Below are positions 12,521-26,257 of a DNA stretch of 64,000 nt, piece after piece. Both the position numbers and the translations under genes were made by a program. Each line of letters opens with the position of its first letter. The first letter of the stretch is position 1. The notes beneath the pieces were generated by a model. It was not told the DNA's origin, searched no databases, and worked only from the letters and a program-made list of their open reading frames with translations. Origin of the DNA: Octopus vulgaris (Eukaryota); NCBI GenBank assembly GCA_951406725.2, contig OX597819.1, positions 79,174,001-79,238,000 of the forward strand, given 5' to 3'.

Positions 12521-13438
12521 AATGGATGAATGTTTACCGTCAACATGGAAAATTTAATAAACAGTTACCAGGGTAGCAAAATTTACGCAAGTAACAAGGA
12601 TGTAGCGACCTATTCAAAAGTAGAAACTCCGGGTTAATGTGCAGTTATTTGTGTAGTATAAGTAAATAAATGGAGTTGAACGCAGATGCTATTCAAATTC
12701 TTTTACTTTCGACATATGTTTCGAAGACAACATTGGTTTTATTCCAAAGGAATAAACGGTGTAAAATGCAATCTTCTCACCAGGAAAGAAAGAGAGTCTA
12801 TCTCAACAACAAGACATTATAACAATTTTAATGACTGCATAAATGATAAACAGAAGGTTATTAAGTATTTAAAAAAAAAACCGCTAGTAGATTCGACATC
12901 AAAGGCAGATACTAGAAAGAGAAGGGGTAAAGTAATAATAAGTAGAGAACAAATAAAGAGGGATATATTGGTTGAAAAATTTTCAAGGGCTTGGAAGTAG
13001 AATTCTCTATTGAAGTAAAGTGCAAGTTAAACTAACTGTTCAAACTATAAATACTTGTAAAATCTCTTATATGAGCTAAAGGTATGTTTCTGCCAGTACT
13101 TACATTTGTAAGATCGCTCTATAAGTGTGTTAACAAGGTGATTCTTAGAGAAGAGAATATGGAAGAGTTCAGAGTTGCAAATGTTACAAAATCCTTTGCC
13201 CTTATCATAAGGTAAAGATATGGACAGGATGAACTAATCTAACTTAAAATCCTTATTGTTGTCTTTAAGATACCAAACCAATTTACTTAGCCCTGTGCTA
13301 TGACATTTACTGCAATCCCTAAATGAAGAATAATGATTGGAAATTCTCTTAGATAACTGGGAAGAGGATGCGCCAATGTAGAAGTAAACATCGGTACTGC
13401 AAGAAATTTTACATTGGTATATAAAATTCTTGATCTTA
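12521..13438 (-). mobile_element. Penelope-like element 3' end (GIY-YIG endonuclease, 3' UTR and HHR) abutting (TA)n
   Basis: Minus strand reads KNFIYQCKISCSTDVYFYIGASSSQLSKRISNHYSSF...HSTGLSKLVWYLKDNNKDFKLD*FILSISLPYDKGKGFCNICNSELFHIL, typical of a Neptune-like PLE endonuclease. Confidence 0.85.
12706..12788 (-). ncRNA. Type I hammerhead with long stem II and an A6G core change (probably inactive)
   Basis: Minus strand: ctttc-CTGGTGA-gaaga...tcttc-GAAA-catatg-TC-gaaag. Confidence 0.75.
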
Positions 13439-13499
13439 GGTTTTGTATCTTAAAGACAACAATGAGAATTTTAAGTTTGATTGGTTAATCCTGTTGAAA

Positions 13500-14300
13500 G
13501 TTGACAGAGCTGATGTTCATTATGTTTCCTGCAGTGATATATCATTTTTATCAGATGCCTCAGATGAAAATTTCTCCAAATGTTCTTTGAACACATCCAC
13601 ATTAACACGTCGTAGATCTCTGAGGTTGATTGGGATAGTGTTGAAAATTTGTGGGCCTTTGAAAGCTAAGCTGTTACAGTATTGGCTCCTTACTCTAGAC
13701 GGAGAGGGCGGGAGCTTTAGTACTATGCATTGGTGCTCATCTCAGAGTTTACTATAGATTTCAATCTCAAAGTTAGGTACTCAATATAAAGTACCATTCA
13801 TTTTTCTTCGAAGATTTATTCAAGTAAAATATACAACACATTATTTGTAGAGGTAAAATGATGTTCATATAACATATATATGGCCATATTAGCATCCAGG
13901 AATAAAACATCTGTTGGCGATCGGAGATTAAACTGCTCGATATTTAGATAAACGATATCTATAAGCTTTATTTGCAAGCTCCAGCTGTTTGTCCTGAAAT
14001 GCCCCTTAAAGAGAATTAACTGTTATGATATGTTTCCTAGGTCGGAATTTCGTGGACACTAACATATATTTTGCTGAAGATATAGCGTTTGTACACTGTT
14101 TGACACAGCAAAAACAGCTGTATGACAGTAATTTGTGCAAAGAAATATAATATGTTAAACGTCTTTTAATACAATCCATACATGTGAGTAAAGAAGAGCT
14201 ATGATGGAGAGGAAGTAACCTGTAGCAGTGAAAAAGCACATCAGTCAAAACGTTGGAATGAACGAAGTACGAAGTAAGAATTATGCAGAGAGCTTGTAGA
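13500..14300 (-). mobile_element. Highly degenerate CR1-like LINE 3' fragment
   Basis: Minus strand NSLAFKGPQIFNTIPINLRDLRRVNVDVFKEHLEKF resembles the C-terminus of the ORF at 49518-50897. The upstream boundary is uncertain. Confidence 0.5.
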
Positions 14301-14768
14301 AATCAAGCTTTTCTGATTGATATTTGAAACCGGTATCATTCTGAAAGAAAATTATTATCTTTTCATTTAAACCAAGTCCACAGTGCAGATTTGAATGAAA
14401 ACGGCAATACTACAATGCAAACAACGACGCATTTCACAATCGGCAATTAAATTATAAAACAACAGGCTTTGTTGTTTCTGAAGGCCAGATATATTTAGAT
14501 AATGTTGTATTAATGACTTCTCTCAAGTGTCATAAATGTATATGTTGAGATGTTCTTGTTTTAAAAGAATTGTGGGTTAGGCTAATAAAATACGTGGGCA
14601 CATCCGCATTGCCGAGGTGAACGTAAGCACTCAAAGTATATAGAGACAGACAAATAAAAAAAATAGACCGTTAAATTAAGATAGAGAGATAAATCAATAG
14701 CTAGCTAGATAGATAGAGAAATAAATCAATAGCTAGCTAGATAGATAGATGGGTAGATAGATAGATGA

Positions 14769-14878
<110 letters not shown>

Positions 14879-15575
14879 GATAGATAGACAACAGGGTACA
14901 GAGATAATAGGGGAGAGACAAAAAATATATCTGAGATAGTTATCAGAGTTTACAGATTATATAGATAAATGCAAAAAATGTTGGTCTTGTTATTGGTGTT
15001 GGAAAGTTGTCATTGTTAGTGTTGTTTGTGATGGTGTTAATTGCTGTGGTGATGTTGATGGTGGTGTTGTTGGTGTTTGTGCTTGTGTTGTTGATACTGA
15101 TGCTGCTTGCATTGGCGGTGATGTTTCTTTGGACAGTGAGGCGACACATCTCGATGTCCCTAAAGCAATTACCGACAAAACTGCAACAAAGTGTGCAACA
15201 AAAACAACGCAAAAATAAGAATGATAAATAAAACAAAGGAACAGAAAACAATATGTTTCGAAATAAGTAAGAGTAAGCTACCGGCAAGATTCTATCATCA
15301 ATTTTTGCCATTCTGAGAATGGGGACGGAAAAAAAAAGAGCAAAAAGAAAGGAAAAGAGGGAGATATATAGATAGATAGATAGACAGAGAAAGATAGATA
15401 GAAAAAAAGAGAGTAACCAAGGAGGGGATGAAGGAGCGGGGAAGACCGAGCAAGAGTAGAAGAGAATGTTGATCGTGATGGAAATGTGAAGAAAATTAAA
15501 GTAGGCTTGGTTATCAGTAATTGTTACGGAGCAAAGGGTCAACAGTCTTGAGTTGTAAGGTTAACACACACACAG

Positions 15576-15661
<86 letters not shown>

Positions 15662-15793
15662 ACTCACACATACACTACACAATCACACACTTAAGCACAC
15701 ACACACGCACACATACATGTATACATATATCTATATCTTTCTATATACATATACATATATATATATATACATACTCATTACGCATATATATGC

Positions 15794-15832
<39 letters not shown>

Positions 15833-16070
15833 TGTAATTATATTTGCATGTATATATATGCATATATATATATGTGTGTATGTATATATATATACGTATG
15901 TATATATATATATATATATATGTATGTATATCTATCTCTCTATATGTCTATATATGTATATATATATATTTATGCATGTATATATATGTATATTTATCTA
16001 TCTATATATGTATATATGTATGTATATATATATATATATATATATGCATGTATATATATATATATATATG

Positions 16071-16122
<52 letters not shown>

Positions 16123-16706
16123 TACATATACATACATATATATATACATATATAGATAGATAAATGTATATACACATATACATGTATACATAATGAAATA
16201 CATACAGTCTTTTGTGTGATGAAGAAGAAAAAAAAGTAGTTGCTGGTGATATGTTTTATTTCGTTCAATCGACACATATGTCCCTAAACAGAGACCTGAG
16301 CGAAAGAAAAAATAAATTATAAATGCAATATATATATAAAAGGAAAAAGACAATTACAATATCAATAGCATGCCCTCACACACGCGTACATAACTGCACA
16401 TGCGCGCGCACACACACACACACAGACGCAAACTCACACGGATTTACATACAAACATGCAAGTACATACATGCACATACATACGTGCACCTACATACATG
16501 CATACATACATGCATACATACATGCATACATACATACATATATACCTACATATACGCAGATGTATTCTAGCTTACCTCTAGACATCTCAACTGGCAAATA
16601 TAATAACAAACACACACACACACACACACACAAACACGCACGCACGCACGCTCGCACGGAAGCGTGCGCACACATACTTGTGTGTGCTCACGGTGATATA
16701 CAAATA

Positions 16707-16889
16707 TAGTAGAAGCCGCTTATTGTCATCACCTGACGACGAAGACTTTCAAATTGCCTAAATAACTATACTCGGCTGATAATATTAAACAGAGTTTAGA
16801 TTATACTTTGAGCGTTTGAAGTCCCCTTATTTTGATAACAATAACTCTTTGATGACATTATCCCTGATCATAATACGCGGCTTTCATTG
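16707..16889. mobile_element. pogo/Tigger-like MITE
   Basis: Imperfect ~25-bp TIRs tagtagaagccgcttattgtcatca / tgatcataatacgcggctttcattg with TA flanks. Confidence 0.55.
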
Positions 16890-16946
16890 TATATATTGCC
16901 ATACATAGTGTCTAAAATTGCAAGTTCAGAAGCCTACGTGAATACT

Positions 16947-16990
<44 letters not shown>

Positions 16991-16996
16991 CATTCA

Positions 16997-17074
<78 letters not shown>

Positions 17075-18069
17075 TATACATGTATATATGTATATTAATG
17101 CTCATAATAAGAACAATTTTGCACCAATCTGGTGGGTTACTCTATACTTTTGTAGAATACAAATTTATTATTTTATAAATATGCTTTGCCAGCTTCCTGA
17201 TGTGAAATCATGTGTTGCAACATATTTTGTTATATTTCGGGACAGTCATTTCTATATTGCCAAATAAACATACGCACTATATATTCGTTCTTCGCTCGTT
17301 TGGCACGTAGCATAGGGGAACGAATAGACGAACACTGGCGGGAGTTCAAAGAGAAGAAAGGCTCGTCAGTGTTCTACCAACGTGCTCAAGTAGAATATAC
17401 GCAACAGACAATAGATATAAGATAAAATAAGAACAATAGTAAACGAGTGAAGAATCAGTATGTAATGCGTATGTTTATTTGGCCATAAAAAAATATGATC
17501 ATCACGAAATATAACAATAAATTCATTATTCTTAAATAAGAATGTTATTGACGGTGACGTCGAAGTTTCGGGTAGTTAAGCCATCGACGGACTGCGATGC
17601 ATTGAAGTTAATTTTGGCTTTATGTAGTCTCTGTTGAGTTTAATCTCCCTTGATTGCGTGGGTTTGAGTGGAGTGGTAACTATGTTTTAGAATGAGCTGT
17701 TATGGATGGGTGTTTGGAAGAAATTTTTATTGATTAAATCTGGAATTATCTTTTACTTGTTTTAGTTATTAGACTGCAGCCATGCTGGAGCACCGCCTTG
17801 AAGTATTCTTTTTCAGTCGAATAAAGTCAATAAGTACTGGGATCGATCTGTTCGACCAAACACTTCAAGGCAGGGCTCCAGCATGGACATGGTCCAATGA
17901 CTGAAACAGTTAAAAAAAGGTACAAAAATATTCACACAAATTAGAAATTTTCTACAATGTGGCTAGATTTGCTAGACAGAATAACCAAATCGGCCTGTCA
18001 CTCGTTATGTACAATGCTTTCAGAGATCAGCGATCATTGATCACAAAATTCATTCGTTCCACTCTTAAC

Positions 18070-18540
18070 TTAGCACTTTTTGAGCCGGTCTTTCAGAAGT
18101 TGCTGTTGTAAGTCCACAGACTACCTTCTCTCTGTCTTTAGCACTTTCTTGAGCCGGTCTTTGTGAATTCAGCTTGTAAGTCCACAGACTATCTTCTTTC
18201 TATCTTTATCACTTTCTTGAGCCGGTCTTTCTGAATTCAGCTTGTAAGTCCACAGACTACCTTCTCTCTGCCTTTAGCACTTTCTTGAGCCGGTCTTTGT
18301 GAATTCAGCTTGTAAGTCTACAGACTATCTTCTTTCTATCTTTATCACTTTCTTGAGCCGGTCTTTCTGAATTCAGCTTGTAAGTCCACAGACTATCTTC
18401 TTTCACTCCTTAGCACTTTCTTGAGCCGGTCTTTCTGAATTCAGTTTGTAAGTCCACAGGCTATCTTCTCTCTGTCTTGAGTACTTTCTTGAGCTGGTCT
18501 TTCTGACGTCGCCGTTGTAAATCTATAGATTATCTCTCTG
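18070..18540. repeat. 68-bp minisatellite, ~7 copies
   Basis: gagc(c/t)ggtc recurs at 18082, 18151, 18219, 18287, 18355, 18423 and 18491. Confidence 0.95.
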
Positions 18541-18749
18541 TCTTTCCTGACTCCTTCCTTTCGGTTTCCTGTTTGTCGCCAAATTCTCAGTGCATTTTCT
18601 TCTGACACGCTGTTCAAATAAGTGTTCTTATGTTGTTGAGAAGCTTTTTGGTTGTCATTCCTTGTGAATCAAGAGCTGTTCCTTGAAATAAATGTGAGGG
18701 ATGACGTGACACTGTGGAACCAAATACTCTGTTTTTTTTTTAACTCCGA

Positions 18750-19145
18750 ACTTTGTTTCAGTCGTTAGACTGTGGCCATGGTGGGGCACTGCTTCGCAGA
18801 ATTTTAGCCAAACGGATCGACCCCAGTATTTATTTATTTTTAAAGCTTAGTACTTATTCTATCGATCTGTTTTGCAGAACTGTAAAGTTACGAAACATAA
18901 TTACACCAACACCGGTTATCAAGCGGTGGTGGGGGACAAACACCGACACAAAGACACACGTTCACGCGCACATACACATGCACATACACAGATAGATATA
19001 CAGCAGACTTCTTTTAATTTTCGTCAAATCAAGTAACAAGGTTTTGGTCAGCCCGCGGCTATAGTAGTAGATACTTACCCAAGGAGCCACGCAGTAGGAC
19101 TGAACTCGGAACCACGTGGCTGAGAAGCAAACTTTTTACTACATA
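18750..19145 (-). mobile_element. tRNA-derived SINE (family A)
   Basis: Colinear with 32668-33077. Confidence 0.7.
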
Positions 19146-20032
19146 GCTTCCGGAAAATGATAGAAGCTGATCATGCTGGTCATGGAAGGAGCACCTTTGG
19201 TCATAAGCTCTGATCGACAAGTGCAACATGAGCCAATCAGACAGAAATTCCATGTGGTTGTTCGACTCGTTAGACAAAGCAGTCAAATAGTCTTTGTATC
19301 GCACATTCTTGTCTTAAAAAGGAAGGACACATAGCGGTTAGTTATACTATGAATGGAAAAACAGATATGGGATGATTAAAGATTCTTTCTCGTGCCATAC
19401 CAACCCATAAGGGGCGCTTTTCCGGTTTCCATGGCTCATATATTCCACCAAGCCCGTCGCAGGATTACTCATTTTTGCCAGCTGAGTGAAATGGAGCAAC
19501 GTGAAATGAAGTGTTTTGTTCAAGAACACAACACGTCACCCGGTCCAGGAATCGAAACTACAATCTAACGATCATGGGTTTAACACCCTAACCACAAAGC
19601 CACGCGCCTCCCCGGGATGACTACCGCTTTGGTCTGCGCGATCAAGGCTTAACAAAGGCTAAAGGCACAAGGCCTGCAATGTCTTGGTGGTGGGGAGAGG
19701 CCAGTCGATTGCATCAACCCCAGTGCTCAACTGCTGTTTATTGTATCGACCCCGAAAGAATGAAAGGTGAAGTTGAGCTCGGTGGCATTTGAAATGAAAA
19801 CATAAAGATCCCAAACAAATGTCACAAAGAGGACCAAAGAAGTAATGTCAGCAAGTATTAAAAGATTGAAAATAGTATAGCCGCATGCGTAGCTGTGTGC
19901 TAAGAAAGTTTGCTTCCCGACCACATGGTTCCGGGTTCAGTCCCACCCTGGGTAAGTGTCTTCTATTATAGGCTCGGATCAAACAAGCCTTGTGAGTGGA
20001 TCTGGTTAATGGAAGCTGAAAAAATCTCGGAG

Positions 20033-20064
<32 letters not shown>

Positions 20065-21204
20065 TGTATGTATGTATGTATGTATGTATGTATGTATGTA
20101 TGTATGTGTATATGTATGTGTAAACCCAACCACAGTAATAATTTTGGCACAGGGCAAACAATTGTAAGGGAGAGAAAAAGTCGATTACATCGACCCCAGT
20201 GTGCAACTGGTACTTAATTCATCAATGCCGAAATGATGAAAGGCAAAGTCGACCTCTGAGTGATTTGAACGCAGAACATAATCCTCAATACAGCAATAAT
20301 GATTTAAAATTTTGGCACAAAGTCGGCAATTGTTAGCGATGAGATAAGGTGATTACATCAACCCCAGTGTTCAACTGGTACTTATTTTATCGACCATGAG
20401 AGGATTAAAGGAAAACTCGACCTCAGCGGAATTTGAACTCAGAACGTCAACAGTAATAATGCCAGGCTATTTAATGAATACATTCAGTCTACACAAGATT
20501 AAAAAAAGAGCGCTAAAAATGAAGTAAACGGCCAGCTTCCTCGTCACCACAAGCATCATCAATCAATACTTATATACATTTCTGTATAAAAACCAATTCA
20601 ACAAAGATGACGACAATGAAGATTGTTTTCTTTTTTCAGATTCTCGAAACTGTCTTTAGAAAGCAGAAGATTTTTGATGGAAGTTAAAAGGAAATACATT
20701 TCATGAAAACGACAGTCTAAACTGAAGGATATTCTACAATTCACATTCTTGAGGGGAAATTAATAACCCTAAACCTTTGCAGATGAAGACAAGCACTTCA
20801 TTGAAAAACTTCGTTATCGGAAAAAAGTACTTCAACGAGTCAGCATTAAATACAAGTGTGTTTCTAACCCCAGAAGCTGTGTACTAAAGGATGAAAAACA
20901 ACCTCTCTATGAAATAGCGCCTCTTCTCAGGAAAATCTTAAATCTTGTTAATCTTAGACTCGAATGGAAAGAAGGATTCTACCTATAATGCATCAAGGCT
21001 GAATACAATGAAGCACGAATATCGTACTTAAGTGAACAGTAAAACATACACTACCGACTATAAAACTTTTACTTAAATAGTGGGAAAGCAGCTAAATAGG
21101 AAGATATCAGGAAGATACGGGGAAGAAGCTTGGATAATGCTAAAAGATGCTTACGTTTTACAGAAGGGCCATTCACGTGTATATTTAAACGAACAATTAC
21201 CTTA

Positions 21205-21555
21205 TACTTGTGTCAGTCATTAGACTGCGGCCATGCTGGGGCGCCGCTTTGAAGAGCCTTTATCATTTTGTTAAGCATGGTACTTATTCTATTGTACTCT
21301 TTTGTAGAACCGCTAGATTATAAGATGTAAACACACCAGCATCGGTCGTCAAGCGATGGCTGGGGACACGAAGACCCATCCTCCCACACATACATATACG
21401 ACGGGCTTCTTTCAGTTTCCCTCTACCAAATCCACTCACAAGGCTTTGGTCGGTCCGAGGCTATAGTAGAAGACACTTGCCCAAGGTGCCACGCAGTGGT
21501 ACCGAACCATGTGGTTGGCAAGAAAGCTTTTTACCACACAACCACACCTGTGCCT
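21205..21555 (-). mobile_element. tRNA-derived SINE (family A)
   Basis: Colinear with 32668-33077. Confidence 0.75.
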
Positions 21556-22684
21556 GTTGCTGACCAAAATGATATCTCCAAGAAGCCAATTGTATGTAGA
21601 ATGGTCAAACCTTTTAGCTAAGAATAAAAGAATGATTTGATTAAAACGAAAAAAAAAAAACCCTGTAAATCTATTGCTTGTATAAACACTATGTATCAGT
21701 TTTACAGAAGCTGTTTAAATAATCCCTCTTGGGCCATTGGAAATCCAGCAAAATAGTGAGTGATGAGTAGACTTGTAGAAAGAAGAGGGTGAGTGGAACG
21801 ATTTCTAATTAATAGTACTGTGACAGTAGAGCATTCTCACAATTGCGAGAATAACATCTGTGAAGAATACCTGCTACCTTAGTCGCTGCCTTTTGAACAA
21901 AGACCGCGCGACTAACTGAAAGCGCAGCCATTTTCTCTGATATTTCAAGACAGCCTTTGTATGATCAATGCGATACGAAAGTTGTTATTTATTTTGGGAT
22001 GTTGATGATTTTTAGCATTTAATTTCTTTCTCGCAACGCTATGTTGGGGTTCAAGTAATTGCTTTATTTCAGTTTTTCATTTTGAAAAATCCAGTCTGTG
22101 ATCAGTCAAACAGTATCGATCACGTCAGAATTAGTTTCGTAGCAATACTTTGGCCTTAGGATCGTCTATACAATTTTGTGTTTAATGCTTTAGTGGAAGA
22201 CTGCTAATCAAAATAAATTAAAACCCAGAACAAAGCTCCTCAAGTAGCAATATATTTTGTGTCGTATTCACTTACTCGATATGTTCTTCTAACACGGGTA
22301 CTAAAGTTCTCATGCACTAAAATTTGCCATCGGAATTAATAAGTTATAAGGCTGAGTATAGCGATTCATAAAAGAAAAAGAAATATTTTGCTTTATCATC
22401 CAAAAGGGTTGAAACATAAATACTGAAGACAGTAAGAAACTAGTTATTCAGAAGAAAAAATTAAAAACGAATATGACGTTCGTGAACAGAAAGAGATAAG
22501 TATTTAAATTTCCCCCTAAATTCTTTTTATGAAACCAGGCTGCGTGGTAAGTAGCTTGCTTACTAACTACATGATTCCAGGTTCGATAAACGAACGAAAG
22601 CACTATTAAAGAATTATCCAAAATTCTGAATGTCACATTTTTCTCAATATGCAATAGCTGTACACCACTTCAAACACTCTGCAC

Positions 22685-23175
22685 CAAGGGTCATCAGACT
22701 ATGGCCCGCACCGCTGCACTGTACATTTTGTGTAAGTGTTCATTTGCCTCTGGTATGGCATCAGTGTTTGGAACAACTCATGTCTTTGAGCAAACATTCT
22801 CAAAAATGAGGTATGTGAAGTCAGCACATCGAACGAGGTTGACTGATGGACATTTGAAAGCAATTCTTTCGGTTGGATGCAGCAATATCAAAGCAAATAT
22901 TGATGATATCTTAAAAGTTAAACGCCAGCTTCACGAATCTCACAAACCTTTTTTGCTCCTTAGTTTTTGAGTTTCGGATATGTGCATACTGGGTGTGATA
23001 TAAATCTCTTATTGTTAACGTCACCTGCTTTGATAAATTTTTGGTAAATAGATATGCTGATTGTCTTTATTTTTAGTATAATCACTGTATTGTATTGAAC
23101 AAAATAGTAATACGGCCTGCGCTCTTCTTTCTCTCAGTTATCCGGTCCGTTGTGAAAAAAGTCTGGTGACCCCTG
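22685..23175 (+). mobile_element. Non-autonomous hAT deletion derivative (Charlie/GTF2IRD2-like)
   Basis: TIRs caagggtcatcagact / agtctggtgacccctg. 8-bp TSD-like ctctgcac / ctctatac. Internal ORF SVFGTTHVFEQTFSKMRYVKSAHRTRLTDGHL matches the hAT dimerisation domain. Confidence 0.85.
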
Positions 23176-23513
23176 CTCTATACACACACGCGCGCGCGCA
23201 CACACATACACACGTATACATATGCATACATACATACACACATTATATATAATGAATATGAGGGGTTTAGTTCACTGGATATCTAAACGAATAGGTACGC
23301 TGTGTAAGTGCTATAATTGGTCATACGTTAGGTTCCAAATATACAGCTGAGGCTGGAGCTAGGGGTCATTAAGTAGGCTTCTGAGTCAGCAAGTATATTT
23401 TAAAGGAAAAAGGACAAAAAATGGCAGGATGAGTACCTCAAGTCATTTAGAATATTTAATTAGAGTAAGGTGAATTTGAAGTAGTTAATTAATTAGTTAA
23501 TTAATTAATTGGA

Positions 23514-23580
23514 TATCGTGCAGCTGTTTCTGGTGATAGGTTAGCATCTCCATACAGAGGGTATTCCATCATCAGAGACA
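23514..23580 (-). ncRNA. Degenerate type I hammerhead in a (TA)n-flanked insert (~23240-23650)
   Basis: Minus strand: tgtct-CTGATGA-tgg...cca-GAAA-cagctg-CA-cgata. U16.1 is changed to C and stem I has a mismatch. Confidence 0.55.
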
Positions 23581-23650
23581 AGGTATGTATGAAAGTACAG
23601 TTTAAAAAGGAATAAAATAGCAGATAGAAGAATAAAGGGTAAAACAGCAA

Positions 23651-23730
<80 letters not shown>

Positions 23731-23966
23731 GATAGATAGATAGATAGATAGATAGAAGAATACAGATAAGTACATATAGAGTTCAAATTTACAGAAAACA
23801 AAAGATGAAACAGGCGAGGGAGTAACAAGCAGGTGTATTAGTTTGACGCTCGACAAGATTGGTAAAATCTTTAACGTTTCGAACCTACGCTCTTTGATAC
23901 AAAGGGTTGGAGAAAAACAATGAGAGACAACGAAAAAAAAAATAACGGAGAAAAAATGTATGTGTG

Positions 23967-24009
<43 letters not shown>

Positions 24010-24454
24010 GTACACATACACACACACGCACGTGCACACACACACACGACTCTCTTAGAAAACCCAGGCTGTATTCCTCTTATGATTTTCGGTTTCTATT
24101 ATCTTAATACGATATATTTATCTTTATTGATTTGGTTCAAAAGGGATTCTATTGAGCAAATATTTCTTCTAATCTTCCTTGTATATTACAAACGAAGCTA
24201 TTTCATCGTTATTCTTGAAAACACAGTATACCAAACAAAATCGTATAAAAAAACACGAAGCATCTACGTACGTACATACAAACATGTATATGTGTGCATG
24301 TATGTATACACAGATACAGACACACGCACTCACACATATACACACACACGTATGCGTACATGTCTGTAAACATATTTCAAGGTGCATATGTAAGCTTGTA
24401 TATAAACTCATATTCTGTCTCTATAAATGTACACACACACATACACACACGCAG

Positions 24455-24540
<86 letters not shown>

Positions 24541-24573
24541 GCATACATGTTTGTTGGTGTGTGTATGTATATA

Positions 24574-26196
24574 CAGTTGCGGCCAAAATGTTCAGAACGG
24601 CATTGTTTTTGTCAGAAAAGTAGGTATAAGTTTTTATCAAAGTTGTTTTATATTCTATAATTTTCACAGACAATAAATACGATATTAATTGGTATTGTCT
24701 GAGTATTGTCTGAGTATTTTGGTGTAATTTGAGTGGATAATACAAAAGTTATGGATGATTTAGGGATTTAATGCTATAAACCCATGGTGGCCAAAATAAT
24801 CAGAACGGTTGAAAAAATAACAAAATAATAAAAAATGACAGAGAATACTGGAATTATTTCATATTTAGTGTGAAGCCCTTTAGCTTCAATCAAACTTTGA
24901 CATCTTTGACTGCATGAGGAAATTAAATTTTCAATTTCTTGCTGGGTGATCTTATTCCATTCTTCCTGAAGGGCATTCCATAATTGCTCGGTTGTTTTAG
25001 GATTTGTGGCTTTCGAACGTTCTCCAGGAGACCTGGATGTTGTCTTTCCGACTCCAGCACATGTTTTCAATAGGATTGAGATCTGGGCTTTGAGCAGGCC
25101 AATCCATAACAATAACCTTTTCAGCCTTGAGGAAGTTCATGGCCGCCTTAGCCTTGTGACATGGGGCATTCTCCTGCATGAATATGGGTGGTCGCTTAGT
25201 TGAATTTCTCAGCACAGGCAAGACATGATCTTTTACAAGTTGTTTATAAACTCCTGCATTTACCTTTCCATGTAATCGCACCAAAGGGCCCACACCATCT
25301 CCAGATATCATCCCCCAAACCATGACACTTCCTCCACCGAATTTAACACTAGTCTTAAGGCATTTAGGCGACAATTTTTCACCTGCTTTTCGACGAACGT
25401 ACCTTTTCCCATCTGAGCCAAATAACATAGACTTAGATTCATCACTGAAATGCACCGTTTGCCATTTTTCTTGAGACCACAACGCATGTTCGGTTGCAAA
25501 GGTAAGATGACATTTTTTATTCTTGGAGCTGATCAGTGGCTTCACTGCAGGTGCTCTTGCTTGTAGGTCATGTTCAACTAAACGACGAGACACAGTTTTT
25601 CAAGATAAAGTTTTCTTCAGTACAATGCTCATTTCCCGAGAAACAGCAGCAGCAGTTTTAAATCTAACCCTTTTAACCAACTTTACCATAGCACGATCTT
25701 CTCTCTTGGTCGTTTTTCTTGGCCTATCTGTAGACTTTCTTGCTTCACACGAACCACAATCATCGAAGACCTTAAGAACAACACTTTTTGACTTGTTAAC
25801 AATCTTTGCAATAGACCCAATACTTAAATTATCCTTCTTTCGGAGCTTAATAATCTGCTGACGAATTGGTAACGGAGTAAGTGGCCTTATATTAACAAAG
25901 TACACTGCAGATATTCTTACTAACGTTTAGTAAACGAACTGTCACGTAAACAAATTCAAAACATTAGCGTTCGACGGTTAAATATACTAAAACATTGAGT
26001 AAAAGCAACCGTTCTGATCATTTTGGCCGCCATGGGTTTTGCAGTAAATCACTAAATCATCCATAACTTTTGTATTATCATCTCAAATTACACCAAAATC
26101 TCGTATTTATTGTCTGTAAAAAGTATACAATATAAAACAACTTTGATAAAAACTTTTCTGGCGAAAACAATGCCGTTCTGAACATTTTGACCGCAA

Positions 26197-26199
<3 letters not shown>
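24574..26199 (-). mobile_element. Full-length Tc1 transposon with IR/DR-type long TIRs
   Basis: TA-cagttgcggccaaaatgttcagaacggc...gccgttctgaacattttgaccgcaactg-TA. TIRs are ~200-240 bp with an inner copy of the ggccaaaa..atcagaacgg motif. Confidence 0.95.
24860..25905 (-). pseudogene. Tc1 DD34E transposase, frameshifted
   Basis: Motifs W..VHFSDESK, GGGSVMVWG, FMQENAPCH and WPAQSPDLNPIEN. HTH region lies in ORF 25600-25905. Confidence 0.92.
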
Positions 26200-26245
<46 letters not shown>

Positions 26246-26257
26246 TATATATATATA

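Noticed and set aside
13500-14300. Initially read as the RT of the adjacent Penelope element
   Set aside because: Its peptide resembles the CR1-like LINE C-terminus instead, and an inverted snippet separates it from the GIY-YIG region.
17325-17400. Minus-strand CTGACGA within a gaacactg...cagtgttc hairpin
   Set aside because: No GAAA or stem III follows, so it is not a hammerhead.
18070-18540. CRISPR-like periodicity (also 35030-35720)
   Set aside because: There are no unique spacers and no cas genes, and the context is eukaryotic. These are tandem repeats.
20625-21040. Strong splice-acceptor-like site (ttttcttttttcag) followed by unique sequence
   Set aside because: All three frames hit stops within ~70 nt and no recognisable protein is encoded. 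A non-coding or UTR exon cannot be excluded.
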